Source: an uncultured bacterium
Lineage (GTDB): Bacteria > Actinomycetota > Actinomycetes > S36-B12
Direction: 5' to 3'
Assembly: GCA_963700255.1 (NCBI GenBank)
Contig: CAVOWW010000020.1
Coordinates: 3,917-67,916 of the forward strand
DNA: 64,000 nucleotides
A model generated the notes under the pieces. The model was not told where the DNA came from. It saw only the letters and a list, made by a program, of their open reading frames with translations, and did no database searches. This document shows, one piece after another, positions 47,532 to 60,190 of this stretch. How positions within the stretch are numbered: the first letter of the stretch is position 1; each line of letters begins with the position of its first letter. The position numbers were made by a program, and so were the translations under genes.

Positions 47532-48019
47532 CGTCCGCGAAGCGTCGCGGCGAGCTCCTTCGCGAACCCCAGGCGCTTGGCGATGGCGCGGACCTGATCG
47601 TCGGGGTAGAGCTCCTCGTCCTGGCAGATCATGATCAGCTCGGCGCCGTCGAGGCCGAAGTCGATGCACAGCGACACGTCGCCGGCTGCCTCGAACTCCT
47701 CGATGTCGTCCTCGTCCCACTCGAGCCCGATCAGGTCGGCTGCCTCCTGGGCGAGCGACCAGTCGAGCAGCGCGGCCGCGTCGCTGATCATCAGCCGGAC
47801 GCCATCGCGCACCGTGTGGGCCAGGATGAAGAACTCGTCGGCGATGCTCACGACACCGAAGACACCGCCCTCGCCGGGGAGCTGCCGCAGGGAGGCGACG
47901 AAGCCCTCAGCCGTGACGACCGCGTGCGGGGGCAGCGAGACGACCGTCCAACGGCCCTCCTCGCGGTAGGCCGCGACCGCGAAGTCGACGACGTCTGCCG
48001 TTACCTCGTCAGCGCTCAC
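47528..48019 (-). CDS. tRNA adenosine deaminase-associated protein
   Basis: 163 aa acidic protein conserved upstream of tadA in Actinobacteria (…[11 protein letters not shown]…DEFFIL…). Confidence 0.8.
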   Translation of the reverse strand: MSADEVTADVVDFAVAAYREEGRWTVVSLPPHAVVTAEGFVASLRQLPGEGGVFGVVSIADEFFILAHTVRDGVRLMISDAAALLDWSLAQEAADLIGLEWDEDDIEEFEAAGDVSLCIDFGLDGAELIMICQDEELYPDDQVRAIAKRLGFAKELAATLRGR

Positions 48020-48077
48020 ACGTGCATCGTGTCATGCACCGCGCCTCGACGTGGGCCAGACCACTACTCTCGGCGCC

Positions 48078-48719
48078 ATGCGCACCCTCGTGATCGACCA
48101 TCCCCTCGTGGCCCACAAGCTCACCCGCCTGCGTCGTGAGGAGACCTCGTCGGCCACGTTCCGCCTGCTGGCGGAGGAGCTGGTGACGCTGCTCGCCTAC
48201 GAGGCCACCGACGCCCTCCGTGTGCGGCCCGTCGAGATCACGACCCCCGTCGCCACCACGATGGGCGTGGAGCTGGCCGACCCCAAGCCGATCGTGGTCC
48301 CCATCCTTCGGGCCGGCCTCGGCATGCTGAACGGGATGATGAAGCTGATGCCGACGGCGGAGGTGGGCTTCCTAGGCATGGTGCGTGACGAGACGTCGCT
48401 GCTGGCGACGACCTACGCCGACCGCCTCCCGCACAACCTCGACGACCGTCAGGTCTTCGTGCTCGATCCCATGCTGGCCACGGGCGGCACGCTCGTGGCC
48501 GCCATCGACCTGCTGCTCGATCGCGGGGCCCGTGACGTCACCGCGATCTGCCTGCTCGCCGCTCCCGAGGGCCTCAAGCACATGGAGGAGGCGTTCGCCG
48601 GTCGCGACGCCGAGGTCACCGTCGTGACCGCGTCCCTGGACGAGCGCCTGAACGAGAAGGGCTACATCGTCCCCGGCCTCGGGGACGCCGGCGACCGCCT
48701 GTACGGCGTAGCCGAGTAG
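48078..48719 (+). CDS. upp: Uracil phosphoribosyltransferase
   Basis: It starts [19 protein letters not shown], has the PRPP loop [11 protein letters not shown], and ends [15 protein letters not shown]. Confidence 0.95.
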   Translation: MRTLVIDHPLVAHKLTRLRREETSSATFRLLAEELVTLLAYEATDALRVRPVEITTPVATTMGVELADPKPIVVPILRAGLGMLNGMMKLMPTAEVGFLGMVRDETSLLATTYADRLPHNLDDRQVFVLDPMLATGGTLVAAIDLLLDRGARDVTAICLLAAPEGLKHMEEAFAGRDAEVTVVTASLDERLNEKGYIVPGLGDAGDRLYGVAE

Positions 48720-48721
48720 GC

Positions 48722-49771
48722 ATGGCGCGCCCGCCCCTCGCCATGCCGGCGAAGAGCCGACCGGGCGACGGGGTGTCGGTGGTCTCGCCCTCCTGGGGAG
48801 GGCCCGGGGTCTTTCCCGACGTGCATGAGCGCGGCATGCGGGTTCTTCGTGACGAGCTCGGGCTCGTCCCCGTCGAGTACCCGACCACGCGACGGTCCGA
48901 CGCCTCCCCACAGGAGCGAGCGGCCGATCTCATGGCCGCGTTCATCGATCCCCGCACCACGGCGATCATGGCCACGATCGGCGGGGACGACCAGCTGACC
49001 GTGCTGCCGTACCTCGATGCCGACGTGGTTCGCGAGCATCCCAAGGCGTTCTTCGGCTACAGCGACAACACCAACCTGCTCAACTGGCTCTGGAACCAAG
49101 GGATCGTGGGCTACCACGGCGGCTCGACGATGGTCCATCTCGCCCGCCCCATGGCCGTGCATCCGGTCTCGCTCGCCTCCCTGCGCGCGGCGCTGTTCAG
49201 CCACGGCGAGGTGGAGATCACGCCCGTCCGGACGTTCACCGACGTGAACTGCGACTGGGCCGATCCGGCCACCCTCGATGCCGACCTGCCGCAGACCGAG
49301 GAACCGGGCTGGCACTGGCACAACGCCGACCGCGTCGTCGCGGGCCGCACCTGGGGCGGCAACCTGGAGATCCTCCACTGGAACCTCGCCGCGAACCGGT
49401 GGATCCGCCCGACCGAGGAGTACGCCGGCCTCGTCCTGGTGCTCGAGACGTCTGAGGAACTGCCGTCGGCGACGTCGGTCCTCCGCATGCTGCGCGACAT
49501 GGGCGAGCGCGGCCTGCTGCAGCAGTTCCCGGCGCTCGTCGTCGCCAAGCCGAAGGCCTGGGCTCTGGACGCGCGCCTCGAGGAGGCTGCGCGAGCCGAG
49601 TTCCGCGCCGCGCAGCGCGACGCCGTTCTCCAGGTGCTGGCCGACTACCACCCCACGGCCATGGCCGTGTTCGGACCGGACTTCGGCCACACCGACCCGC
49701 AGTACGTCCTCCCATACGGAGGCCTGATGACCGTGGACGGTCCGGCCCGTCGGCTCACGGTCCACTACTAG
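48722..49771 (+). CDS. S66-family LD-carboxypeptidase (MccF-like)
   Basis: It has the nucleophile motif FFGYSDNTNLL and a catalytic His in FGHTDP. Confidence 0.85.
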   Translation: MARPPLAMPAKSRPGDGVSVVSPSWGGPGVFPDVHERGMRVLRDELGLVPVEYPTTRRSDASPQERAADLMAAFIDPRTTAIMATIGGDDQLTVLPYLDADVVREHPKAFFGYSDNTNLLNWLWNQGIVGYHGGSTMVHLARPMAVHPVSLASLRAALFSHGEVEITPVRTFTDVNCDWADPATLDADLPQTEEPGWHWHNADRVVAGRTWGGNLEILHWNLAANRWIRPTEEYAGLVLVLETSEELPSATSVLRMLRDMGERGLLQQFPALVVAKPKAWALDARLEEAARAEFRAAQRDAVLQVLADYHPTAMAVFGPDFGHTDPQYVLPYGGLMTVDGPARRLTVHY

Positions 49772-49809
49772 CCCGCCGGCTTCGGGCGGCACCCCTGAGA
49801 CTGGGAGAT

Positions 49810-49868
49810 GTGAGCGAAACCGGGCCCGATCGGCCCGGTTTCGCTCACTTCTCCCGCGTCGCGGGAGA
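49810..49868. terminator. Two adjacent hairpins between convergent LD-carboxypeptidase and pntB
   Basis: gtgagcgaaaccgggcc pairs with ggcccggtttcgctcac (49810-49848). tctcccgc-gtc-gcgggaga spans 49850-49868. Confidence 0.7.
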
Positions 49869-49873
49869 AACGG

Positions 49874-51298
49874 CTACAGCGCCTTGAGGATGTCCTCGAC
49901 CCGCGCCTTCGCATCACCGAACAGCATCGAGGTGTTGTCGCGGAAGAACAGCGGGTTCTGCACTCCTGCGTAGCCCACCGCCATCGAGCGCTTGAAGACG
50001 ATGACGTTCCTCGACTCCCACACGCGCAGCACCGGCATGCCGGCGATCGGCGAGGTCGGGTCGTCCTCCGCTGCCGGGTTGACGGTGTCGTTGGCACCGA
50101 TGACGAGGACCACATCGGTGCTCGGGAAGTCATCGTTGATCTCGTCCATCTCGAGCACGATGTCGTACGGCACCTTCGCCTCGGCGAGGAGGACGTTCAT
50201 GTGCCCCGGAAGGCGACCGGCGACGGGATGGATGCCGAAGCGGACGTTCACGCCCTTCTCCCGCAGGTGCCGGGTGAGCTCGGCCACGGGGTACTGCGCC
50301 TGCGCGACCGCCATGCCGTAGCCCGGCGTGATGATGACCGAGGAGGCCTCGCGCAGGAGGTCGGCAGTCTCCTCCGCGCTGATCTCGTGGTGCTCGCCGT
50401 AGTCGACGTCGCCCGAGGTGGGCGCCTCGATGCCGAATCCGCCGGCGATCACCGAGATGAACGAGCGGTTCATCGCCTCGCACATGATGTAGCTCAGGTA
50501 CGCACCGGAGGACCCGACGAGGGCACCCGTCACGATGAGGAGGTTGTTGCCGAGCAGGAAGCCGGACGCCGCTGCAGCCCAGCCGGAGTAGCTGTTCAGC
50601 ATCGACACGACGACCGGCATGTCGCCGCCGCCGATGGACGCCACCAGGTGCCAGCCGAGCAGGAGGGCGAGGACGGTGCCAGCGATGAGGATCCCGAGGC
50701 TCGGCGTGATGACGAACCACACGGTGAGCGCGACGAAGACCACCAGCGCGCCGATGTTGAGGGCGTTCTTCCCCGGCAGCATCATCGGCTTCGAGTCGAT
50801 CCGTGCCGACAGCTTCAGGAACGCCACGATCGAGCCGGTGAAGGTCACCGCGCCGATGAACACCCCGACGAGGACCTCGCCGTGGTGGATGCCGAGCAGG
50901 TCCGGCGAGATCTCCGTCTGCGCCGAGCCCTTGGCCTCGACGGTGTAGAAGGCCGCCCAGCCCACGAGCACGGCGGCCAGGCCGACGAAGCTGTGCAGCA
51001 GGGCGATGAGCTCGGGCATGCCGGTCATCTGCACGACCCGGGCCCGCCACAGCCCGATGACCGCACCGGCCACGACGGCCACCACCATCAAGGCGATGCC
51101 GATGGTTGTCATGCCTTCGCTGCCGTGGCCGCCGGAGACGGCGAGCGCGATGGTCGCGACGAGGGCGATCGCCATGCCGGCGATGCCGAACCAGATGCCC
51201 TGCTTCGCCGTCTCGTGCTTGGAGAGCCCGGCGAGGCTCATGATGAACAGGAGGGCGGCTACGAGGTACGCCGCGATCGCGATCGAGTCGATGGTCAT
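49874..51298 (-). CDS. pntB: NAD(P) transhydrogenase subunit beta
   Basis: 474 aa with an N-terminal multi-TM region and a C-terminal NADP(H) domain (…[10 protein letters not shown]…, …[10 protein letters not shown]…). Confidence 0.95.
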   Translation of the reverse strand: MTIDSIAIAAYLVAALLFIMSLAGLSKHETAKQGIWFGIAGMAIALVATIALAVSGGHGSEGMTTIGIALMVVAVVAGAVIGLWRARVVQMTGMPELIALLHSFVGLAAVLVGWAAFYTVEAKGSAQTEISPDLLGIHHGEVLVGVFIGAVTFTGSIVAFLKLSARIDSKPMMLPGKNALNIGALVVFVALTVWFVITPSLGILIAGTVLALLLGWHLVASIGGGDMPVVVSMLNSYSGWAAAASGFLLGNNLLIVTGALVGSSGAYLSYIMCEAMNRSFISVIAGGFGIEAPTSGDVDYGEHHEISAEETADLLREASSVIITPGYGMAVAQAQYPVAELTRHLREKGVNVRFGIHPVAGRLPGHMNVLLAEAKVPYDIVLEMDEINDDFPSTDVVLVIGANDTVNPAAEDDPTSPIAGMPVLRVWESRNVIVFKRSMAVGYAGVQNPLFFRDNTSMLFGDAKARVEDILKAL

Positions 51299-52827
51299 CG
51301 CTGGAACATCTCCAGCATCCGGCGGGTGACGGCGAATCCGCCGAAGATGTTGATGCTGGCCAGCAGGATCGCCACGAAGGCGAGAACGGTCACGATGGTG
51401 TCACCCGTCCCGATCTGCAGGAGCGCGCCGACGATGATGATGCCGGAGATGGCGTTCGTGATCGACATCAGCGGCGTGTGCAGGGCGTGGTGCACGTGCC
51501 CGATCACGTAGTACCCGATGACGATCGCCAGGACGAAGACCGTGATGTTGCCGGTCAGCTCGGGTGGAGCCGCAGCGGTCACGAGGAAGAGCATCAGGGC
51601 ACCGATGGCGGTGATCGTGTACTTGCGCTTCGGGGAGGTGCTCTTCTTCGCCTCCTTCACGGCCACCGTGGCCGCCGGCTTCGGAGCGGCAGGTGCCGCT
51701 GACACCGCCACTGGCGGTGGCGGCCACGTCTTCTCCCCGTCGCGCGCAACGGTCATGGTCCGGAGGACGACGTCATCCCAGTTCATGACGAGCTGCCCGT
51801 CCTTGCCCGGCGTCATGAGCTTCATCAGGTTCACGAGGTTGGTGCCGTAGAGCTGAGACGCCTGGGCGGGCAGGCGGCCGGCCAGATCGGTGTGCCCGAT
51901 GATCGTCACCCCGTTGGGCGTGACGATCACCTCGTCGGGCTCGGAGCCTTCGACGTTGCCGCCGTTCGATGCTGCGAGGTCGACGATCACGGACCCGGGC
52001 TTCATCGAGGCGACCATCTCCGCCGTGATCAGCCGCGGTGCGGGTCGACCGGGGATGAGGGCCGTCGTGATGATGATGTCGACGTCCTTGGCCTGCTCGG
52101 CGTACAGCTTGGTCTCTCGGACCTTGTAGTCGTCGCCCATCTCCTTGGCGTACCCGGTGGCGCTGACCTCGACCTCGGGCGACTCGACCGCGAGGTACTC
52201 CCCGCCCATCGACTTCACCTGGTCGGCCACCTCGGGCCGGGGATCGGTCGCGCGCACGATCGCGCCGAGGGAGCCGGCGGCGCCGATGGCGGCGAGGCCG
52301 GCCACGCCGGCTCCTGCGACCAGGACCTTGGCCGGCGGCATCTTGCCGGCGGCCGTGATCTGGCCCGTGAAGAAGCGGCCGAAGACGTTCGCGGCCTCGA
52401 TGACCGCCCGGTAGCCCGCGATGTTGGCCATCGAGCTCAGGACGTCGAGGGACTGCGCCCGCGAGATGCGCGGGACCATGTCCATGGCCATGCCGGTCAC
52501 GCCGCGCTCAGCCAGCTTGTCCACGAGCTCGGGCTGGAGGGCGGGGCTCATGAGGCTGACGAGGGTGGCTCCGGACCGCAGCAGGGCGATCTCGTCGTCC
52601 GAGGGGGGGTTGACGTGGAAGACGATGTCGGCGGCCCAGGCCTCGTCACCCGTCGCGATGGCGGCGCCAGCAGCCGCGTAGGTCGCGTCCGTGAAGGCCG
52701 ACGACACTCCCGCACCGGTCTCCACGACGACCTCGTAGCCGAGTCCGATCAGCTGACCGACCGTCTTCGGGGTGGCGGCGACTCTGGTCTCGCCGAGCCG
52801 GTGCTCACGGGGAACTCCGATCAGCAA
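51295..52827 (-). CDS. pntA: NAD(P) transhydrogenase subunit alpha (fused alpha1+alpha2)
   Basis: 510 aa with an AlaDH-like dI domain ([13 protein letters not shown]) and a C-terminal 4-TM segment. It overlaps pntB by 4 nt. Confidence 0.95.
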   Translation of the reverse strand: MLIGVPREHRLGETRVAATPKTVGQLIGLGYEVVVETGAGVSSAFTDATYAAAGAAIATGDEAWAADIVFHVNPPSDDEIALLRSGATLVSLMSPALQPELVDKLAERGVTGMAMDMVPRISRAQSLDVLSSMANIAGYRAVIEAANVFGRFFTGQITAAGKMPPAKVLVAGAGVAGLAAIGAAGSLGAIVRATDPRPEVADQVKSMGGEYLAVESPEVEVSATGYAKEMGDDYKVRETKLYAEQAKDVDIIITTALIPGRPAPRLITAEMVASMKPGSVIVDLAASNGGNVEGSEPDEVIVTPNGVTIIGHTDLAGRLPAQASQLYGTNLVNLMKLMTPGKDGQLVMNWDDVVLRTMTVARDGEKTWPPPPVAVSAAPAAPKPAATVAVKEAKKSTSPKRKYTITAIGALMLFLVTAAAPPELTGNITVFVLAIVIGYYVIGHVHHALHTPLMSITNAISGIIIVGALLQIGTGDTIVTVLAFVAILLASINIFGGFAVTRRMLEMFQR

Positions 52828-53018
52828 CTCGATCTCCTACCTCTCGTCTTCGCCGGTCGGCCTGGTACCCAGGCCCGCCGGGCCTCGGCCAGCCTAGGTG
52901 GAAACCCCCCGGGGTTTCCCGTCGTAGCCGCCCTGCACCTGCCATTGTCGTGTGCAACGCTCCCGAAACACGGGCTGTCTAGGGTGCGCTAGGTCACACG
53001 GAGAAGGGAAGGGGGCAC

Positions 53019-54650
53019 ATGGACACCGGCACCACGCCCGCGCCGACGGCGGTGGACCCCTTCGACGAGATGCTCCTGCCCGACGGCAGCCCACGCGAGC
53101 CGCACTCCGCCATGTTCCAGACGCTCTCGAGCCTCGGCTCCGACGGACTGGCCGAGCGGGCCCGGCAGCGGGACGGCTACCTCGACCGGCACGGCATCAC
53201 CTTCACTCTCGGTGAGCGGGAGCGCCCCCTGCCGATGGACCTCGTACCGCGCGTTCTCACGCCGCCCGAATGGAAGCAGATCGAGGCAGGCGTCATCCAG
53301 CGGCTCCGGGCGCTCGAGGCGTTCCTGTCCGATGTCTACGGCGCCGGCAACGCCCTCAAGGACGGCCTCATCCCGCGGCGGCTGGTGACGACGTCGACGC
53401 ACTTCCACCGCCAGGCCTGGGGCATCGAGACGCCGAACAACGTCCGCATCCACGTGTCCGGAATCGACCTCATCCGCGACGAGGCGGGCGAGTTCAGGGT
53501 GCTCGAGGACAACCTGCGCAACCCGTCCGGCGTCTCCTACGTCCTGGAGAACCGACGGACCCTCGCGCACGTGCTGCCCGAGATCTTCACCCACCACCGC
53601 GTGCGTGCGGTCAACGAGTACCCGGAGCGGCTCCTCCACGCGCTCAAGGCCGCGGCCCCGCCCGACATCAAGGACCCCACCGTTGTCGTGCTCACGCCCG
53701 GCGTGCACAACTCGGCCCACTACGAGCACGCGTTCCTGGCCCGCCACATGGGCATCGAGCTCGTGGAGGGCCGCGACCTCTACTGCCGCGACTCGACGGT
53801 GTGGATGCGCACGACGTCCGGACCGGAGCCGGTGCACGTCATCTACCGCCGCATCGACGACGACTTCCTCGATCCGGTCCACCTGCTGCCCGACAGCGTC
53901 CTCGGGATCCCCGGGGTCGTGAACGCCGCGCGCGCCGGGCGCGTCACGATCGCCAACGCGATCGGCAACGGCGTCGCCGACGACAAGGCGGTGTACCCGT
54001 ACGTCCCGGCCTTCATCCGCTACTACCTGAACGAAGAGCCGATCCTGCCCAACGTCGACACCTTCGACCTCTCCGACGCCGACCAGCGCGCGTGGGTGCT
54101 GGACCGCCTCGACCGGATGGTGGTCAAGCCGAGCGATGCCTCCGGCGGGTACGGACTGATGATGGGCCCGTGGGCGACCGACGAGCAGCTCGCCAACACG
54201 CGGTCCGCGGTGCTCGAGAACCCGCGCGGCTGGATCGCCCAGCCCGTCGTGACCTTCTCGACCTGTCCCACGGTCGTCGAGGACGGGCGGATCTCGCCTC
54301 GCCACGTCGACCTGAGGCCGTTCGCCGTCAATGACGGGACGAACGTGTTCGTGCTGCCTGGCGGGCTGAGCCGCGTGGCGCTGCCGGAGGGCAGCCTCGT
54401 CGTGAACTCGAGCCAGGGCGGCGGCTCGAAGGACACGTGGGTGATCGACGACGGGACGCTCGACGACGCTCCCCCGGAGTCGGTGTCGCCGGAGCCCGCC
54501 GAGCGCTCGCTCTCCGACGCGGTCGCGGCCAACTTCTCCAAGCGCTACAACTCCCCGACCAGCCACGAGGACCGGTTGGTGCAGCAGCAGCGGCAGCAGC
54601 AGCAGTCCCGGCTGCCGAGGCCGCTGCGGGATGACGAGGCACCGTGCTGA
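53019..54650 (+). CDS. Circularly permuted ATP-grasp type 2 protein (COG2308-like) with Gln-rich C-terminal extension
   Basis: 543 aa. ...DRHGITFT...PLPMDLVPRVL...EW..IE.G..QR..ALE.FL.DVYG... is typical of CP_ATPgrasp_2. The tail is QQQRQQQQ. Confidence 0.8.
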   Translation: MDTGTTPAPTAVDPFDEMLLPDGSPREPHSAMFQTLSSLGSDGLAERARQRDGYLDRHGITFTLGERERPLPMDLVPRVLTPPEWKQIEAGVIQRLRALEAFLSDVYGAGNALKDGLIPRRLVTTSTHFHRQAWGIETPNNVRIHVSGIDLIRDEAGEFRVLEDNLRNPSGVSYVLENRRTLAHVLPEIFTHHRVRAVNEYPERLLHALKAAAPPDIKDPTVVVLTPGVHNSAHYEHAFLARHMGIELVEGRDLYCRDSTVWMRTTSGPEPVHVIYRRIDDDFLDPVHLLPDSVLGIPGVVNAARAGRVTIANAIGNGVADDKAVYPYVPAFIRYYLNEEPILPNVDTFDLSDADQRAWVLDRLDRMVVKPSDASGGYGLMMGPWATDEQLANTRSAVLENPRGWIAQPVVTFSTCPTVVEDGRISPRHVDLRPFAVNDGTNVFVLPGGLSRVALPEGSLVVNSSQGGGSKDTWVIDDGTLDDAPPESVSPEPAERSLSDAVAANFSKRYNSPTSHEDRLVQQQRQQQQSRLPRPLRDDEAPC

Positions 54651-55549
54651 GCCGCATCGCCGAGTCGTTCTTCTGGCTCGGGCGCTACGTCGAGCGTGCT
54701 GAGGCGACTGCTCGGCTGCTGTCCGAGCACCATCAGCTGCTGGTCGAGGACCGCTCCGTCCCGGAGGAGATGGGGTGCGCCCTCCTGCTCGACGCGCTCA
54801 CGATGCCCACCACTGGCGTCGAGACCGCGCAGGACCTCGTCCGGGTCGTCGTCGGCGGCGAGCTCGAGTCCTCGACCATCTCCGGAGCGGTCTCGGCCGC
54901 CCGCACCAACGCCCGGGCAGTGCGGGACTCGCTCTCCCAGGACACGTTCGAGGCCCTCAACTCGGCCCACCTCGCCCTGTCCCGCGGCATGGCCTTCACC
55001 GCCAGCCCGGGAGTCGCCCTGCACCGGGTGCTCGAGCGGCTGCTCGTGGTCAACGGCGTCGTCGACTGGACGATGCCGAGGGACGAGGCCTACCAGTTCA
55101 TGGTCCTCGGCCGCGAGCTCGAGCGCATCGACATGGTCGGCCGTCTCCTCTCGATCCGCCACGACGAGATGTGGCCGTCGTCGGGACCGGCCGCCGCCCT
55201 GCGTGCCGCGGGGGCGCTCTCGCCCTACCTGCGCACCGGCAAGCCCCTCAACGCGACCGACGTCCGACGCTTCCTCGTGCTCGATGCGACCTTCCCCCGG
55301 TCGATGCGCTCCTGCGCTGCCGACGCCGAGGAGGCCGTTCGCAGCCTGCAGCAGCTGGGCGTCAGCGACAGCGGCTCGCTGCTGCGCGAGGTGGGCATGC
55401 TGCGATCGGAGCTCGAGTACGCCCGCGTGCCCTCGTCGAACGACATCGAGAAGTTCATCGACGAGGCCCGCGAGGCGTCGCTGCGCGCCTCCGAAGAGGT
55501 CAATCGGGCGTTCTTCCGCCAGCACGGAACCATCGTGTGGAGCCACTGA
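54644..55549 (+). CDS. Alpha-E domain protein (COG2307/DUF403)
   Basis: The N-terminus MLSRIAESFFWLGRYVERAEATARLL is diagnostic. It overlaps the ATP-grasp gene by 7 nt. Confidence 0.85.
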   Translation: MLSRIAESFFWLGRYVERAEATARLLSEHHQLLVEDRSVPEEMGCALLLDALTMPTTGVETAQDLVRVVVGGELESSTISGAVSAARTNARAVRDSLSQDTFEALNSAHLALSRGMAFTASPGVALHRVLERLLVVNGVVDWTMPRDEAYQFMVLGRELERIDMVGRLLSIRHDEMWPSSGPAAALRAAGALSPYLRTGKPLNATDVRRFLVLDATFPRSMRSCAADAEEAVRSLQQLGVSDSGSLLREVGMLRSELEYARVPSSNDIEKFIDEAREASLRASEEVNRAFFRQHGTIVWSH

Positions 55550-56406
55550 TGCAGACCAGGACCGGACGTCGCCTCCATATCGCCCATCGCACGGGCTACC
55601 GCTACGCCGACGTGGTGGATGCCTCGTTCAACGAGGTGCGCATGACTCCCCTGAGCGTCGACGGCCAGCTGCTCCTGAACCACAGCCTCAGCGTTCATCC
55701 GGCCTCGTCGGTCCAGACGTACGAGGACTACTGGGGCGCGCACGTCGAGGCGTTCGACGTCCACGGGCCCCATCGCGTCCTGGAGATCGTCGCGCTCAGC
55801 ACCGTGGACACCCCGCCGATGAAGCCGCCCGTCCCGGGAATGTCGTGGGACGTCGTGCTCGACGGCAACGTGCAGGACATGTACTCGGAGTTCCTGTTCC
55901 CGACCGACTACGTCGACGACGCCCTCGCCGACGAGCATCGGGCCGGGATCGTGGCCGAGATGGTGGCGAGCCCCACCCCCTGGTACGCCGGCACGCTGGC
56001 CGTCGCCGCCGTGCGCGACCGGCTCACCTACTCGGCCGGGATCACCAACGTGTCGACGACCGCTGCCCAGGCGTGGGAGTCCCGGCACGGCGTCTGCCAG
56101 GACTTCACGCACGCCACGCTGTCGCTGCTGCGGGCCGCCCGGGTGCCGGCGCGCTACGTCAGCGGCTACCTCCACACGGAGGAGCCCGCCCTCGGCCAGA
56201 CGGTCACCGGGGAGTCGCACGCCTGGGTGGAGTACTGGGATGGCCAGTGGCAGGCCGTCGACCCCACGAACGACCGCGCCGTCGGTTCCGCGCACGTGAT
56301 CGTCGCGCGCGGGCGCGACTATGCCGACGTGCCGCCCCTGAAGGGGATCTACGCCGGTGGTCAGAGCGAGGGCCTGGGCGTGAGCGTGGAGATCACCCAG
56401 CTCTGA
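55549..56406 (+). CDS. Transglutaminase-like cysteine protease family protein (COG1305)
   Basis: It has the N-terminal Bact_transglu_N-like YRYADVVDASFNEVRMTP and the catalytic GVCQDF...HAWVEYW...VDPTN (Cys-His-Asp). There is a TGATG overlap with the alpha-E gene. Confidence 0.88.
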   Translation: MQTRTGRRLHIAHRTGYRYADVVDASFNEVRMTPLSVDGQLLLNHSLSVHPASSVQTYEDYWGAHVEAFDVHGPHRVLEIVALSTVDTPPMKPPVPGMSWDVVLDGNVQDMYSEFLFPTDYVDDALADEHRAGIVAEMVASPTPWYAGTLAVAAVRDRLTYSAGITNVSTTAAQAWESRHGVCQDFTHATLSLLRAARVPARYVSGYLHTEEPALGQTVTGESHAWVEYWDGQWQAVDPTNDRAVGSAHVIVARGRDYADVPPLKGIYAGGQSEGLGVSVEITQL

Positions 56407-56413
56407 CCCGATG

Positions 56414-56467
56414 CCTCGTCATTCGTGGCTGTCCCCGCAGCCTCGCCGACAGCCACGAATGACGAGG
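56414..56467 (+). terminator. 20-bp perfect hairpin after transglutaminase gene
   Basis: cctcgtcattcgtggctgtc pairs with gacagccacgaatgacgagg, with a 14-nt loop. Confidence 0.7.
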
Positions 56468-56519
56468 TATCGGAAGGCGTGGGTTATCGTCTTTGGGTCC
56501 CCCACGACTGAGGAGTCCC

Positions 56520-57407
56520 ATGCCTTCCCTGCGTTCCGGCCTGACGATCGCGGCGTGCAGCGCCGCCGTCGTGCTCGGCGGCCTCATCGCACCCGCCCCC
56601 GCGAGCGCGGCACCCTCCCTGGGTGCCTGCTACTCCTACAAGGCGGCGGTACTGACGGAGACCTCGACATCGGCCCCAGCGGTGGACTGCAGCGCCGAGC
56701 ACACCGCCGAGACGTACTACGTCGGGACGGTGCCTGCCTCCTTCGGGCTCCCGTCCGAGGCTTCCAAGGCCAAGCTCCTCTCGGCCGGGCGCCCCTGCAC
56801 CGTCCGGGCCATGAACTCCTACCTGGGCCTGCAGGACCGCGAGCTGCCCAGCCGGTTCCGCACCGTCGTGCTGCTCCCCACCGACGACCAGTGGGCCGCC
56901 GGCGACCGATGGGTGCGCTGCGACGTCGTTCTCCAGGGCGGGCTCCAGCTCAAGGCCTTCGCGGGGACCGCCGCGGCGCTGGTCGCGGCGACCCCCGCCG
57001 ATCAGTTCAACTTCTGCACGCCCCAGGAGCCCAACGCCCGGGCCACCGCGGCCTATCCCTGCCTGAGCCCCAAGAAGAACTGGATCAAGGTCCTCGACCA
57101 GGAGCTGGGCGGGCCCGGCTCGTCGTTCCCCGGCACCAGCACTGTCGAGCGCAAGACCCGCGCGCTGTGCGCGAAGCAGGGCAAGAAGTGGGACGGCAAG
57201 GAGAAGTACCCGGGGTGGTGGGCGATCTGGCCGACGCAGGCCGGCTGGAAGGAGGGCAAGCGCTCCGCGCAGTGCTTCGTGCCCTTCAAGCAGTACCTGA
57301 AGGAGGTCGCGTCGCAGGCCCCGGTGCCGACGCCGATCCCGGTCCCGCTGCCCACCCCGGAGCCGACGCCCATCCCGACGATCGACCCGCAGCCGCCGGC
57401 CGTCTGA
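56520..57407 (+). CDS. Secreted septum-formation (Septum_form) family protein with Pro/Thr-rich tail
   Basis: It has a signal peptide, the conserved Cys/His pattern GACYSY...VDCSAEHTAETYYVG and a repeat of the module. GAGGAG lies upstream of the ATG at 56520. Confidence 0.7.
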   Translation: MPSLRSGLTIAACSAAVVLGGLIAPAPASAAPSLGACYSYKAAVLTETSTSAPAVDCSAEHTAETYYVGTVPASFGLPSEASKAKLLSAGRPCTVRAMNSYLGLQDRELPSRFRTVVLLPTDDQWAAGDRWVRCDVVLQGGLQLKAFAGTAAALVAATPADQFNFCTPQEPNARATAAYPCLSPKKNWIKVLDQELGGPGSSFPGTSTVERKTRALCAKQGKKWDGKEKYPGWWAIWPTQAGWKEGKRSAQCFVPFKQYLKEVASQAPVPTPIPVPLPTPEPTPIPTIDPQPPAV

Positions 57408-57416
57408 CCGGCCGCC

Positions 57417-58358
57417 TCAGCCGAGGGGGCTCCGCGGCAGGTCGTCCGGGTACATCGACTCCATCTCCGACCGGGTGGCATCGAGCCGGGCCCGCTGGTC
57501 CCCGGTGAGCTCGAACGTCAGCGACCGCACGATCGAGTCGACCGTGGCCGGCCGGGTCGCGCCGGGGATCGGGATCATGACGGGCGTGCTCGCCAGCAGC
57601 CAGGCCAGCACCGTCTCCTGCGCGCTGGCTCCCAGCTCGTCACCGACAGCTGCGAACTCGGCGTAGTGCGACCCGACCTCGCGCGCCTGGGTGGACCCGC
57701 CGAGCGGTGACCAGGGCAGGAACGCGATCCCGAGGTCGGTGCACCGCTGGAGCACGTCGGCGTCGCCGCGGAATCGTGGCGACCACTCGTTCTGCACCGA
57801 GACGACGCCGCCGTCGGCGGGACCTCCGAGCACGTCGAGCGCCACCTCGAGCTCGGCGAGATTCACGTTGGACAGCCCGATCCGGCGCACGAGGCCGGCG
57901 TCGAGCAGCTCCCGCAGCACCGCCATCTGGTCGCGGTACGCGAAGGCGGGGTCGTGGCGATGGTGCTGGTACAGCTCGATGACGTCGACCTCGAGCGCCG
58001 CGAGGCTCGCCTCGCAGGCGGCGCGCAGTCCCTGCGCACTCGAGTCACGGCCCCACGACTCGCCCGGGCCGCGTGTCAGGCCGCCCTTAGTGGTCACGAG
58101 CACCCGACCGAGGTCCGCCGGGCCGGTGTAGGTGCGCAGCGCCTCGGCGACGAGTGCCTCGTTGTGACCGACGGCATCCCACGACGGCGCGTAGATGTTG
58201 GCGGTGTCGATGAGGGTGATGCCCAGGTCGAGGGCACGATGCACCGTCTCCAGGGCGCGCTCGCGGTGGTCGGTCATGTCCTCGAACGACAGCGGCATGC
58301 AGCCGAGTCCGACAGCCGAGACGTCAAGGTCGCCGATGCGGCGGGTGGGGAGCGTCAT
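57417..58358 (-). CDS. Aldo/keto reductase
   Basis: 313 aa containing GLGCMPLS, DTANIY, ...HRHDP... and GLSNV. Confidence 0.9.
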   Translation of the reverse strand: MTLPTRRIGDLDVSAVGLGCMPLSFEDMTDHRERALETVHRALDLGITLIDTANIYAPSWDAVGHNEALVAEALRTYTGPADLGRVLVTTKGGLTRGPGESWGRDSSAQGLRAACEASLAALEVDVIELYQHHRHDPAFAYRDQMAVLRELLDAGLVRRIGLSNVNLAELEVALDVLGGPADGGVVSVQNEWSPRFRGDADVLQRCTDLGIAFLPWSPLGGSTQAREVGSHYAEFAAVGDELGASAQETVLAWLLASTPVMIPIPGATRPATVDSIVRSLTFELTGDQRARLDATRSEMESMYPDDLPRSPLG

Positions 58359-58388
58359 ACCGGGATCCTATTGACGAGGCGTCGAACC

Positions 58389-60161
<1,773 letters not shown>

Positions 60162-60190
60162 AGGATCATTGTCACGGATAGAGTCCGCTC

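Noticed and set aside
52989-54566. 525-aa minus-strand ORF
   Set aside because: It is antisense to the circularly permuted ATP-grasp gene and is a shadow ORF.
54578-54604. CAG trinucleotide repeat as a contingency microsatellite
   Set aside because: It is short, interrupted and in-frame (poly-Gln tail). No evidence of phase-variable function can be drawn from the sequence alone.
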